Source: Minisyncoccota bacterium
Lineage (GTDB): Bacteria > Patescibacteriota > Minisyncoccia > 2-02-FULL-40-12 > GWA2-44-9
NCBI GenBank assembly: GCA_035583445.1
Contig: DATEYD010000041.1
Location: 1-58,953 of the forward strand
Length of the DNA: 58,953 nucleotides
Reading direction: 5' to 3'
Position 1 is the stretch's first letter, and the number at the start of each line of letters is the position of its first letter. This document shows, one piece after another, positions 20,831-27,932 of the stretch. Made by a program: the position numbers and the translations under genes. The notes under the pieces are model-generated. The model was not told the origin of the DNA. It saw only the letters and a program-made list of their open reading frames with translations, and ran no database searches.

Positions 20831-20903
20831 GGGGGAGTAGCTCAGCGGTTAGAGCACGAAGCTTATACCTTCGCGGTCCTAGGTTCGAATCCTAGCTCCC
20901 CCA
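20831..20903 (+). tRNA. tRNA-Ile(TAT)
   Basis: Acceptor GGGGGAG/CTCCCCC, D arm GCTC-AGCGGTTA-GAGC, anticodon arm CGAAG-CTTATAC-CTTCG (positions 34-36 = TAT), T arm CTAGG-TTCGAAT-CCTAG, discriminator A. Confidence 0.8.
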
Positions 20904-20907
20904 CCCG

Positions 20908-21153
20908 ATGCCGTGGTTTCTATACATCCTCCGGTGCGGCGACGGGACGCTCTACACGGGCGTCACCTCGGACGTCCGTCGGCGTCTCCGGGAACATCGC
21001 GCAGGCATCGGGGCGCGGTATACCCGTGGACGCGGTCCCCTGCGACTCGTGCATCGGGAACGGTTCAAGACCCGGAGCGCGGCGCAGAAGCGCGAGGCAG
21101 CGATTAAATCGTCGTCGCGAATCCGGAAGCTACAACTCATCAAGGGCGCTTAG
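20908..21153 (+). CDS. GIY-YIG nuclease domain protein (UPF0213-like, 81 aa)
   Basis: WFLYILRCGDGTLYTGVTSDVRRRLREH...RERFKTRSAAQKREAAIK. Starts 4 nt after tRNA-Ile. The last 10 nt overlap tRNA-Val. Confidence 0.8.
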   Translation: MPWFLYILRCGDGTLYTGVTSDVRRRLREHRAGIGARYTRGRGPLRLVHRERFKTRSAAQKREAAIKSSSRIRKLQLIKGA

Positions 21154-21215
21154 CTCAGTGGTAGAGCGACTCGTTTACACCGAGTAGGTCGGGGGTTCGA
21201 TCCCCTCAGCGCCCA
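21144..21215 (+). tRNA. tRNA-Val(TAC)
   Basis: Acceptor GGGCGCT/AGCGCCC, anticodon arm ACTCG-TTTACAC-CGAGT, T loop TTCGATC. Confidence 0.85.
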
Positions 21216-21218
21216 CCC

Positions 21219-21908
21219 ATGACCCTCTCCGTCATCTACGAGGATGCCGACATCGTCGCCATCAACAAACCGGCTGGATTGACCGTGCACAAGACCGGTC
21301 CGAACGACCAGCAAACCACGCTGGCCGATCTGGCCGTCGAGCGATGGCCGCAGATGAAGGATGTCGGCGAGGATCCGCTCCGCCCCGGCATCGTGCATCG
21401 CTTGGATCGGGATACCTCCGGGATCATCGTGCTCGCCAAGACGCAAGAAGCGTTCACGTACCTGAAATCCCTCTTCCAGGAGCGCACCATACGGAAGACC
21501 TACCTCGCCTTGGTCCATGGCTCCCCGAAGGAACCCTCCGGCACCATCGACCTTCCCGTCGCTCGCATCGGTGCCAAGACTACCACGCGCACCAAGGGAA
21601 CCCGAGAGCTCGTTGAGCGCAGTGCCGTCACCGAGTACCGCACCCAGAAGCGCTACGATGGGTACACGCTCTTGGAATGCATGCCGCGGACCGGCCGCAC
21701 GCACCAGATCCGCGCGCACCTGAAGGCCATCAACTGCCCAATCGCCGGGGATCCGCTCTACGCGTCCGGAAAGGCTTCCCCTGCAGGGTTGGATCGCCCG
21801 TTTCTGCACGCCTGGAAGCTCGAGCTGGTCGCACCTTCGGGCACGACCTTAGCTCTGGAGGCCGACCTCCCTGACTCTTTACAAAAGGTCCTCGATGCGC
21901 TAGAGTAA
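21219..21908 (+). CDS. RluA-family pseudouridine synthase (no S4 domain)
   Basis: 229 aa. Catalytic motif GIVHRLDRDTSGIIVLAKT, C-terminal GRTHQIRAHL. Confidence 0.88.
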   Translation: MTLSVIYEDADIVAINKPAGLTVHKTGPNDQQTTLADLAVERWPQMKDVGEDPLRPGIVHRLDRDTSGIIVLAKTQEAFTYLKSLFQERTIRKTYLALVHGSPKEPSGTIDLPVARIGAKTTTRTKGTRELVERSAVTEYRTQKRYDGYTLLECMPRTGRTHQIRAHLKAINCPIAGDPLYASGKASPAGLDRPFLHAWKLELVAPSGTTLALEADLPDSLQKVLDALE

Positions 21909-21924
21909 TCCGGCGTTTGCATCC

Positions 21925-22356
21925 ATGTCCCAGCAACTCATCCAGGCCTTCGCGGCCAAACACAATCCGAAGAACCGCTGGCCCGAGCTCAAGCCCGGGA
22001 TGACCGTTCGCGTACACCAGAAGCTTAAGCAGGGCGAGAAGGGCAAGGCGAGCGTGTTCGAGGGCATCATCATCGCCCGCAAGCACGGCGACGAGCCGGG
22101 CGCGACCATCACCGTCCGCCGCGCAGTCGGCGGTTACGGCGTGGAGAAGGTCTATCCCCTGCGCCTGCCGACCATCGAGAAGATCGAGGTTGTCAAAGTC
22201 GGCCGCACCCGCCGAGCGAAGATGTACTACCTGCGCGGCAAGTCCACGCGTGAGATCCGCAAGAAGACTCGTGCCGAGCAGGCTCAACTGAAAGTATTGA
22301 CCGCTGTGCCCGCTCCAACCGAAGAGCCGGCTCCCGAAGAGGAGAAGGCCGAGTAG
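21925..22356 (+). CDS. rplS: 50S ribosomal protein L19 with an acidic/Pro-rich C-terminal extension
   Basis: PELKPGMTVRVHQKLKQGEKGKASVFEGIIIARKHG...RRAKMYYLR. Confidence 0.92.
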   Translation: MSQQLIQAFAAKHNPKNRWPELKPGMTVRVHQKLKQGEKGKASVFEGIIIARKHGDEPGATITVRRAVGGYGVEKVYPLRLPTIEKIEVVKVGRTRRAKMYYLRGKSTREIRKKTRAEQAQLKVLTAVPAPTEEPAPEEEKAE

Positions 22357-22357
22357 C

Positions 22358-22381
22358 AAAAACCGCCCGAAGGCGGTTTTT
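22358..22381. terminator. hairpin terminator between rplS (+) and the intron-containing tRNA (-)
   Basis: AAAAACCGCC-cgaa-GGCGGTTTTT. Confidence 0.65.
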
Positions 22382-22388
22382 GCATCTG

Positions 22389-22662
22389 TGCCGCGGGAGG
22401 GAATTGAACCCCCGACGCCAGCCTCTTCCGAAGCTGAGTTGGACTATATCATCCTCCGTTCCGGAGGTCGGGCGCTGATGTGGGGTTATTGTTGGGACTC
22501 ACCCACTAGTCTCTACACCTTCTCCGCCACCAATGCCCGGCGGAGCTTGGCTCGGGATTGCTTCGTTCGAAGGTTTCCCCGAGTTCACCCGATTTTCAAT
22601 CCGCATTCCTGCGGAAGGCCCCAAAGATTTAGGGCTGCGCTCTACCACTGAGCTACCGCGGC
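22389..22662 (-). tRNA. tRNA gene interrupted by a group I intron. After conceptual splicing it reads as tRNA-Phe(GAA).
   Basis: 5' exon 22662-22631 (GCCGCGG TA GCTC AGTGGTA GAGC G CAGCC CT). 3' exon 22428-22389 (GAAGA GGCTG GCGTC GGGGG TTCAATT CCCTC CCGCGGC A). Joined, they give a 72-nt cloverleaf. Confidence 0.75.
22429..22630 (-). ncRNA. group I self-splicing intron (IC3-like, 202 nt, no ORF)
   Basis: P1: GCCCU at the exon end pairs with GGGGC, with G.U at the splice site. P10: UCUUU pairs with GAAGA. The intron ends in G. Core strings ACUCGGGGAAACCU, GCAAUCCCGAGCCAAGC, GAAGGUGUAGAGACUAG (rc of 22506-22522) and AUAGUCC. Confidence 0.75.
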
Positions 22663-22736
22663 CTGCATATATACTATCATGGAATCATGGCGCTCGCAAC
22701 GTATGTCTGGTAGAGCGTAGTGTGCTATACTCAAAC

Positions 22737-23111
22737 ATGCCGATCTGCAAACTCTGCCGAAAAAAATACGAGGATTATCAGGGCAAGATGCGGGCGCGGT
22801 GCGGAGCGTGCAACACCAAAATCCGTAGATATCGCGCCAAGGCTGCGGCCATTAAGTTATTGGGTGGCAAGTGCGCCGATTGCGGATGGCGCGGGAATCA
22901 GGCGGCTCTCCAATTCCATCATCGGGCTCCGGAACATAAGGATTTCACGCTTGGCAATGTCGCGAACAAGAGCTGGGACTTCATACGGACCGAACTGAAG
23001 AAATGCATCCTCCTATGCGCAAACTGCCATGCGACGAGGCACTCCTCAAAAGAGGAGAGGAGGTTCCTGCTCGAGGCATCCCGATACCGAGGGAGAAAAC
23101 TACTCTTCTAG
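22737..23111 (+). CDS. free-standing HNH endonuclease (124 aa)
   Basis: ATG at 22737 inside ORF 22533..23111. N-terminal Cys4 (CKLC...CGAC) and HNH core QFHHRAPEHKDF...LLCANCHATRH. Confidence 0.8.
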   Translation: MPICKLCRKKYEDYQGKMRARCGACNTKIRRYRAKAAAIKLLGGKCADCGWRGNQAALQFHHRAPEHKDFTLGNVANKSWDFIRTELKKCILLCANCHATRHSSKEERRFLLEASRYRGRKLLF

Positions 23112-23114
23112 GTG

Positions 23115-23188
23115 TGGGCGGTATAGGACTTGAACCTATGACCTCCTCGACGTCAACGAGGCGCTCTAGCCAACTGAGCTAACCGCCC
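23115..23188 (-). tRNA. tRNA-Val(GAC)
   Basis: rc: GGGCGGT TA GCTC AGTTGGCTA GAGC G CCTCG TTGACGT CGAGG AGGTC ATAGG TTCAAGT CCTAT ACCGCCC A. Confidence 0.88.
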
Positions 23189-23204
23189 GATTGTATCAGA
23201 TCTG

Positions 23205-23288
23205 TGCGCGGGAGAGGATTTGAACCTCCATGCCCTTGCGGGCGCTACCACCTCAAGGTAGTGCGTCTGCCAGTTTCGCCACCCGCGC
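23205..23288 (-). tRNA. tRNA-Leu(GAG)
   Basis: rc: acceptor GCGCGGG/CCCGCGC, anticodon arm CTACC-TTGAGGT-GGTAG, 15-nt variable arm, T loop TTCAAAT. Confidence 0.88.
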
Positions 23289-23377
23289 ATATCCAGGCTC
23301 ACGCGTCTGCATATGGTACCTCATTTTGCCATGAATTTCAAGGTGCCGATCGTGAGCTGTTCTGGTAGGGTTCCCGT

Positions 23378-23980
23378 ATGTCTCCCGTTTCAATTCTTGC
23401 CGTTTCGGCATCTGTCCTGAATCTCACCGGCTACGCCTGGTACATCCGCGATCTTGTTCGGGGCACGACGCGGCCGAACGTATCTTCCTGGATGGTCTGG
23501 ATGGGGGTGACCGTGGTCAGTGTGTCCAGCTACGTCGCTGCGACCGGAGATCCGGTGAAATCGATCTTCTCTTGGTCCATCCTTGCGGCGAATATCATCA
23601 CTTTCTTCTTCATCATCCGACGTGCTCGATTTTCAACATTATCGCGTCTGGACGTTTGGGCTCTCTGTGTCGGCATCGCCGCCGCTGTCGCGTGGGCTTT
23701 CACTAAGTCTGCGTGGTGGGGTAACATGCTCATCCAGATCGCCATCGTCACGGGTGGAATCCCGACATATTTCTCGGTATGGCGGAACCCGAGCAATGAG
23801 CGTCCGTGGCCGTGGCTCCTCTGGGGTGCCGCCTTCATCTGTCAGACCCTGGTCATCGTGACCAAATGGACGGGGCAACCGCTCGAGCTCGTCTACCCGA
23901 TCATCGGCATTCTTCTCTACGCCGGCATCGGCCTCCTCGCGCTCCGGAAGAGCGCGCCGATATCAGAAAACCGCCCTTAG
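23378..23980 (+). CDS. hypothetical polytopic membrane protein (about 6-7 TM)
   Basis: 200-aa hydrophobic ORF. No family recognised. Confidence 0.5.
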   Translation: MSPVSILAVSASVLNLTGYAWYIRDLVRGTTRPNVSSWMVWMGVTVVSVSSYVAATGDPVKSIFSWSILAANIITFFFIIRRARFSTLSRLDVWALCVGIAAAVAWAFTKSAWWGNMLIQIAIVTGGIPTYFSVWRNPSNERPWPWLLWGAAFICQTLVIVTKWTGQPLELVYPIIGILLYAGIGLLALRKSAPISENRP

Positions 23981-24354
23981 GTGGTTTTCTGACTCTCTAC
24001 GAGCTTCCGAAAATCCCCGTCGGGGACGTGTGACCAGGTATCGGAGGCGAACATGCGGTCGCCACCGAGGTAGATGACGGCTTTCGTGCCGTCCGCAAGA
24101 TCGGTGTCCTGTTTCACGTAGAGCTGGCCTGAGACCTCCTCGACGACGTCCAGATTCTTCAGCGTCTCGTCGTCTACTTCGTATGCTTCTCCCACGATAC
24201 TCTCGCTCCCCGGCCGGGCCGCCGGCACGGAGCCGTTGTACATGAGCTCGAACTCCGGCTTTGTCTTCGCCGGACCTATGAATGTGGCCTTCTCGAGATG
24301 AAGGTGGTTGCGCATCCCCTGCATCAACGTGCCGTATACAAAGATGGTGGTCAT
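23977..24354 (-). CDS. gamma-glutamylcyclotransferase (AIG2/GGACT-like)
   Basis: 125 aa. N-terminal IFVYGTLMQGMRNH motif and conserved GEAYEV. Confidence 0.75.
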   Translation of the reverse strand: MTTIFVYGTLMQGMRNHLHLEKATFIGPAKTKPEFELMYNGSVPAARPGSESIVGEAYEVDDETLKNLDVVEEVSGQLYVKQDTDLADGTKAVIYLGGDRMFASDTWSHVPDGDFRKLVESQKTT

Positions 24355-24378
24355 ATGCTCAGCGTATCAAAACGTCTT

Positions 24379-24406
24379 AAAAAAAGGAAAGGGGCTTCAC
24401 AGCCCC
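24379..24406 (-). terminator. intrinsic terminator overlapping the deaminase stop codon
   Basis: Minus strand GGGGCT-gtga-AGCCCC followed by TTTCCTTTTTTT. Confidence 0.6.
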
Positions 24407-24927
24407 AGGCATAGGCAAACGAGCGGGTTGTCCGGATTCTGCCAGAACGTGTTCCCCGTGGTCTTGAAGTACTGCCGGAACAGGTCGACGGACTGCTCCC
24501 GCATGAGCCCGCCGTTGATGTTGGGGTACTCGTTCTCGTGGCGCGGCGGTCGGCCGGTCTTCAAAAGCCCGGTTCCTCCGCCGTACGGATCCTCCAGGGC
24601 GTAGACGACCCGGGGAATCCGACAGTTCATGATGGCGCCGATGCACATGACGCACGGCTCCAGGGTCGTGTAGAGCGTCAGGCTGGCCAGGAAGTCGTCC
24701 GCGGCGCTCCGGCTAGCGGCCGGATGCGGCTGGACGGCGGTGCGTAGGGCGACCATCTCGGCATGGTCGAGACGCCAATGCGCATGAGGAGATTTTGCTC
24801 CCCTTCCCCATACGGTCCCCGCACGGTCGGCGACGACCGCTCCCACGGGCAGCTGGTCCTGTGAGAGCGAATAACGCGCCTCATGCAGGGCAAACGCCAT
24901 GAGGTCACGGTCGAAAGGCGATGTCAT
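24397..24927 (-). CDS. nucleoside/tRNA adenosine deaminase (TadA-like CDA fold)
   Basis: 176 aa. LDHAEMVAL (HAE) and EPCVMCIGAI (PCxxC) zinc motifs. Confidence 0.75.
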   Translation of the reverse strand: MTSPFDRDLMAFALHEARYSLSQDQLPVGAVVADRAGTVWGRGAKSPHAHWRLDHAEMVALRTAVQPHPAASRSAADDFLASLTLYTTLEPCVMCIGAIMNCRIPRVVYALEDPYGGGTGLLKTGRPPRHENEYPNINGGLMREQSVDLFRQYFKTTGNTFWQNPDNPLVCLCLGL

Positions 24928-25091
24928 GGTACCTCCAAAGATCGAGCCGTCAGACTAGCAGGAACCAGACCCAATAACAACACCTTTTGCGACGTTGGGT
25001 TATCCCCGGCAAGAAATCCACACCTCCCTACCCCGATAGCGATGTTTTGCGACATGATTATTGTGCGAAGTGATAGGGTCTCAGGGGGCCG

Positions 25092-25119
25092 TTGAAAGGG
25101 GTCCCGTTTCTGGTATAAT
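25092..25119 (+). promoter_or_regulatory. promoter of tRNA-Gly
   Basis: TTGAAA, 16-nt spacer, TGgTATAAT. The tRNA starts 16 nt downstream. Confidence 0.6.
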
Positions 25120-25134
25120 GCCCCTACCTTTCAA

Positions 25135-25205
25135 GCGGGTATCGTATAGTGGTAATACGTCACCTTGCCATGGTGAAGCCAGGGGTTCGATTCCCCTTAC
25201 CCGCT
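25135..25205 (+). tRNA. tRNA-Gly(GCC)
   Basis: GCGGGTA TC GTAT AGTGGTA ATAC G TCACC TTGCCAT GGTGA AGCC AGGGG TTCGATT CCCCT TACCCGC T. Followed by a 9-bp hairpin at 25220-25246. Confidence 0.88.
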
Positions 25206-25293
25206 CAAGATGACCCCCGGAAACCCCGCCTTTTGGACGGGGTTTCTGACCAAAAAGACTAGATATTTTGCCATTTTAGGCCCTTTTTGCCTA

Positions 25294-25322
25294 TTGACTT
25301 TTCGGGGCTGGTTTGCTATAAT
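25294..25322 (+). promoter_or_regulatory. near-consensus sigma70 promoter
   Basis: TTGACT (25294-99), 17-nt spacer, TATAAT (25317-22). Confidence 0.65.
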
Positions 25323-25491
25323 GGATGGACAATCGGATCAATAGGTGTAGGGTGCGCGGGAATGGCTGGGTAAGCCATTTTTTCGTCCCCTCCCGTACTA
25401 AGGATCCCGGTTGCAACGACACCTGATATTTCGACCCAGGACTGCCCGGCGAAAGCTAACAGCGGACCTGGAAGGAATAGAGGGTATCACC
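25323..25491 (+). promoter_or_regulatory. long structured 5' leader of the 3D-domain gene (candidate cis-regulatory RNA, class unassigned)
   Basis: About 165 nt lie between the promoter and the ATG. Terminator-like hairpin AATGGCT-gggta-AGCCATT plus a T run (25361-25383). Long-range pairing of ATC..AGGTGT (25337-48) with ACACCTGAT (25421-29). Confidence 0.35.
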
Positions 25492-26046
25492 ATGAATACG
25501 CGCAAGCAGACTATCGTCGCCGTATCCGTGCTCATTGCCATCGTCATTTCCGCCGTCTCCCCTGTCCAGGCAGGCATCATCGACTGGTTCAAGACCATCG
25601 GTGCCAAGTCTGACCAGGCCGAGAACGGTTCCTTTGACTCCCTCTACGCCACCGTTCTTGCCGAGCGCTCGAACGAGACCGAGGAGTCTCCGATGCTGAT
25701 GGCCAACGCCGTTGCACCGCTGAACTCCCCGACCGGTGGTACCGCCAAGACGCTTCGTCGGACCTATTGGGTCCAGGTGTCCGGGTATAACTCGGAGGTC
25801 GCACAGACCGACGATTCCCCGTTCATCACCGCCAAGGGTACGCACGTTCGCTGGGGTATCGTCGCGTCCAACATGTTCCCGTTCGGTACCGTCATCAAGA
25901 TCCCGTCGCTCTTCGGCGACCAGATCTTCGTGGTCGAGGACCGTATGAACACTCGGTATCAGAACAACGTGGATATCTGGTTCGAGTCCAAGGCCGATGC
26001 TCTCAAGCTTGGCCGTCGGACCCTCCAGATCGAGGTCATCCAGTAA
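25492..26046 (+). CDS. 3D-domain (MltA/RlpA-like DPBB) cell-wall protein, secreted
   Basis: ATG at 25492. Signal/TM IVAVSVLIAIVISAVSPVQA. C-terminal 3D-like region YWVQVSGYNS...QTDDSPFITAKG...VVEDRMN...VDIWF. Confidence 0.75.
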   Translation: MNTRKQTIVAVSVLIAIVISAVSPVQAGIIDWFKTIGAKSDQAENGSFDSLYATVLAERSNETEESPMLMANAVAPLNSPTGGTAKTLRRTYWVQVSGYNSEVAQTDDSPFITAKGTHVRWGIVASNMFPFGTVIKIPSLFGDQIFVVEDRMNTRYQNNVDIWFESKADALKLGRRTLQIEVIQ

Positions 26047-26052
26047 TGGATG

Positions 26053-26084
26053 CCAAAACACCCCGCGAGGGGTGTTTTGGTTTG
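26053..26084 (+). terminator. intrinsic terminator
   Basis: CCAAAACACCCC-gcga-GGGGTGTTTTGG followed by TTTG. Confidence 0.7.
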
Positions 26085-26088
26085 TATG

Positions 26089-26164
26089 TGGTCCGCCCGG
26101 TAGGATTCGAACCTACGACCGTTTGCTTAAGAGGCAACTGCTCTACCAGCTGAGCTACGGGCGG
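26089..26164 (-). tRNA. tRNA-Lys(CTT), CCA encoded
   Basis: rc: CCGCCCG TA GCTC AGCTGGTA GAGC A GTTGC CTCTTAA GCAAA CGGTC GTAGG TTCGAAT CCTAC CGGGCGG A CCA. Confidence 0.85.
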
Positions 26165-26177
26165 GTATGGGGTTTCG

Positions 26178-26252
26178 TGGCGTCCCCGGAGAGAATCGAA
26201 CTCCCATTAACAGCTTCGAAGGCTGCTGCTCTATCCGTTGAGCTACGGGGAC
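26178..26252 (-). tRNA. tRNA-Arg(TCG), CCA encoded
   Basis: rc: GTCCCCG TA GCTC AACGGATA GAGC A GCAGC CTTCGAA GCTGT TAAT GGGAG TTCGATT CTCTC CGGGGAC G CCA. Confidence 0.85.
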
Positions 26253-26305
26253 AGGGAGCACCGACTCCGGCACGCATTGTAGCACGGAATCGAAGGTTTT
26301 TCAAG

Positions 26306-27451
26306 TTATGGCCGACGTTTGCGAACCGTGTTGACGACGCGCGGAAGCACGCGCAACAACTGCTCTATGTCCGCTTTCCTCGTATCCCTGGATAGCGAGA
26401 ATCGAAGGGCCCCTGAGAGGTACTGGCCGGGAACCTTCATGGCGACCAGCACATGGGACGGTTCAACGCGGTGCGCCGTGCAGGCGGAACCTGCGCCTGC
26501 CCGGATGCCAACCTGATCCAGGGCCAGGAGTAACTCTTCGCTTGAGGCGCCAGCGATGGAGATGCTGATGATATTAGGAAGTCGTGGACCGGTCTGTGGG
26601 CTGTTAATGCGCACGTCTGAGAGGATGGTCGGGAGTTGGACATAGAATTGATCCCGGAGAGCTGCGACGCGTCCTGAATCCGACTGCTTGATCAGGGTCA
26701 GCGCTGTGGCAAATCCGACTGCCCCCGGAACATCCTCGGTCCCCGCACGGCGTCCGAGTTCCTGGTTACCCCCAGAGACCTGTGGCGTTATCTGGATCCC
26801 TCGCCGCACATACAACGCAGCGATTCCCCGGGGACCGTGCACCTTCGCACCGTTGAGCACGAACAGGTCGGCACCCAGTGCCTGGACGTCCATCGGGAGC
26901 CACGCGGAAGCCTGACAGGCATCGACGTGCAGATACGGCAGTGAGGTTCCCCTTTTCCGTCGCCACTCGCGGATTGCTTTCGAAATCTGATGGATGGGCT
27001 GCACCGAGCCCGTCTCATTGTTCGCGTACATGACTGAAACAATCACGGTATTCGGTTCGATGGCGGCAATCACCGCATCAGCGGATACCCTCCCCTCGCG
27101 ATCCGGCCTGACCACTGACACGCTGGCCGGAGAGCCTCTGAGCGTTTCGAGGACGGAAGGATGTTCGATGGCGGTCGTGACAGCATGTGGGAGCCGTGCA
27201 GAGGCAACGACTCCTCTGAGCGCAAGCGTGTTCGCCTCCGATCCGGACGCGCAGAACACCACCTCGTCGGAACGGGCATGGAGGAACGCAGCGACCGACG
27301 CTCGGGCATCATCCAGGAGCTTGCGCGCGCGTCGGCCGGCATCGTTGAACGCCGAGGGGTTCCCTTGTTCGCGCGCTGCCATACCCATCGCTCGAGTGAC
27401 CGCTGGGTGGATCGCTGTTGTCGCTGCGTTGTCCAGATAGATCTCGCGCAT
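26306..27451 (-). CDS. cysteine desulfurase (class V aminotransferase, NifS/IscS family)
   Basis: 381 aa. IYLDNAATT, SGSEAN, PLP-lysine region LNGAKVHGPRG, active-site loop AGSACTA. Confidence 0.88.
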   Translation of the reverse strand: MREIYLDNAATTAIHPAVTRAMGMAAREQGNPSAFNDAGRRARKLLDDARASVAAFLHARSDEVVFCASGSEANTLALRGVVASARLPHAVTTAIEHPSVLETLRGSPASVSVVRPDREGRVSADAVIAAIEPNTVIVSVMYANNETGSVQPIHQISKAIREWRRKRGTSLPYLHVDACQASAWLPMDVQALGADLFVLNGAKVHGPRGIAALYVRRGIQITPQVSGGNQELGRRAGTEDVPGAVGFATALTLIKQSDSGRVAALRDQFYVQLPTILSDVRINSPQTGPRLPNIISISIAGASSEELLLALDQVGIRAGAGSACTAHRVEPSHVLVAMKVPGQYLSGALRFSLSRDTRKADIEQLLRVLPRVVNTVRKRRP

Positions 27452-27512
27452 GATATGCGAAGCGCCCTGGTCGGGCGCGTGAACGTACTATGCCACAACA
27501 GTCCGCTCACGC

Positions 27513-27887
27513 CTAGACGTAGGTTCGTTCTGGCCAGAGCACTAATGAGACAAGCCCGGCCAGGAGTCCGACATCCCGGATCAGTACTTCATTAAAACCA
27601 TTGATGATCGAGACGCCGATGAGGAACACCGCCCCGGCGATCGCGAAGTATCGAAGAAAGAATCCAGTCGCCAGCGACAGTCCGACCAGGATTTCGAAGA
27701 TGCCGTTCAGGTGGATGAGGTCGCGCGGCATGACGCCGATGCGTCCGACCGTGTCCTGGATCGCGGTCGGTACCCAGGCATCCAACCAATATTGCGGTTG
27801 GATGAATTTATCGATCCCGAACCAGAGGAACACAATCGCCAGTCCGATGCGAAGAACGAGTTGAGCGGTGCGCGGAGAGGCGAACAT
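27513..27887 (-). CDS. DoxX-family membrane protein
   Basis: MFASPRTAQLVLRIGLAIVFLWFGIDKF... The start is uncertain: ATG at 27887 or TTG at 27932. Confidence 0.65.
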   Translation of the reverse strand: MFASPRTAQLVLRIGLAIVFLWFGIDKFIQPQYWLDAWVPTAIQDTVGRIGVMPRDLIHLNGIFEILVGLSLATGFFLRYFAIAGAVFLIGVSIINGFNEVLIRDVGLLAGLVSLVLWPERTYV

Positions 27888-27932
27888 GCCCTCATTGTGT
27901 GGCGAAGCGCCTATCCGCGCAATGGTGCACAA

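Noticed and set aside
22388-22651. 87-aa plus-strand ORF
   Set aside because: It covers the reverse complement of the intron-containing tRNA gene. The RNA interpretation explains the sequence far better.
24985-25053. Two copies of TTTTGCGAC, 60 nt apart, upstream of the deaminase gene
   Set aside because: This is only a 9-nt repeat in a 200-nt spacer. It could be an operator pair, but it is short enough to occur by chance.
25323-25491. Calling the leader a c-di-AMP (ydaO) or guanidine-I (ykkC) riboswitch
   Set aside because: Only short strings resemble those consensus motifs (AGCUAAC, GGUGUAGGG, ACUAAGGAUCCCGG). Their order and spacing do not match what I remember of either family, so a covariance-model scan is needed.
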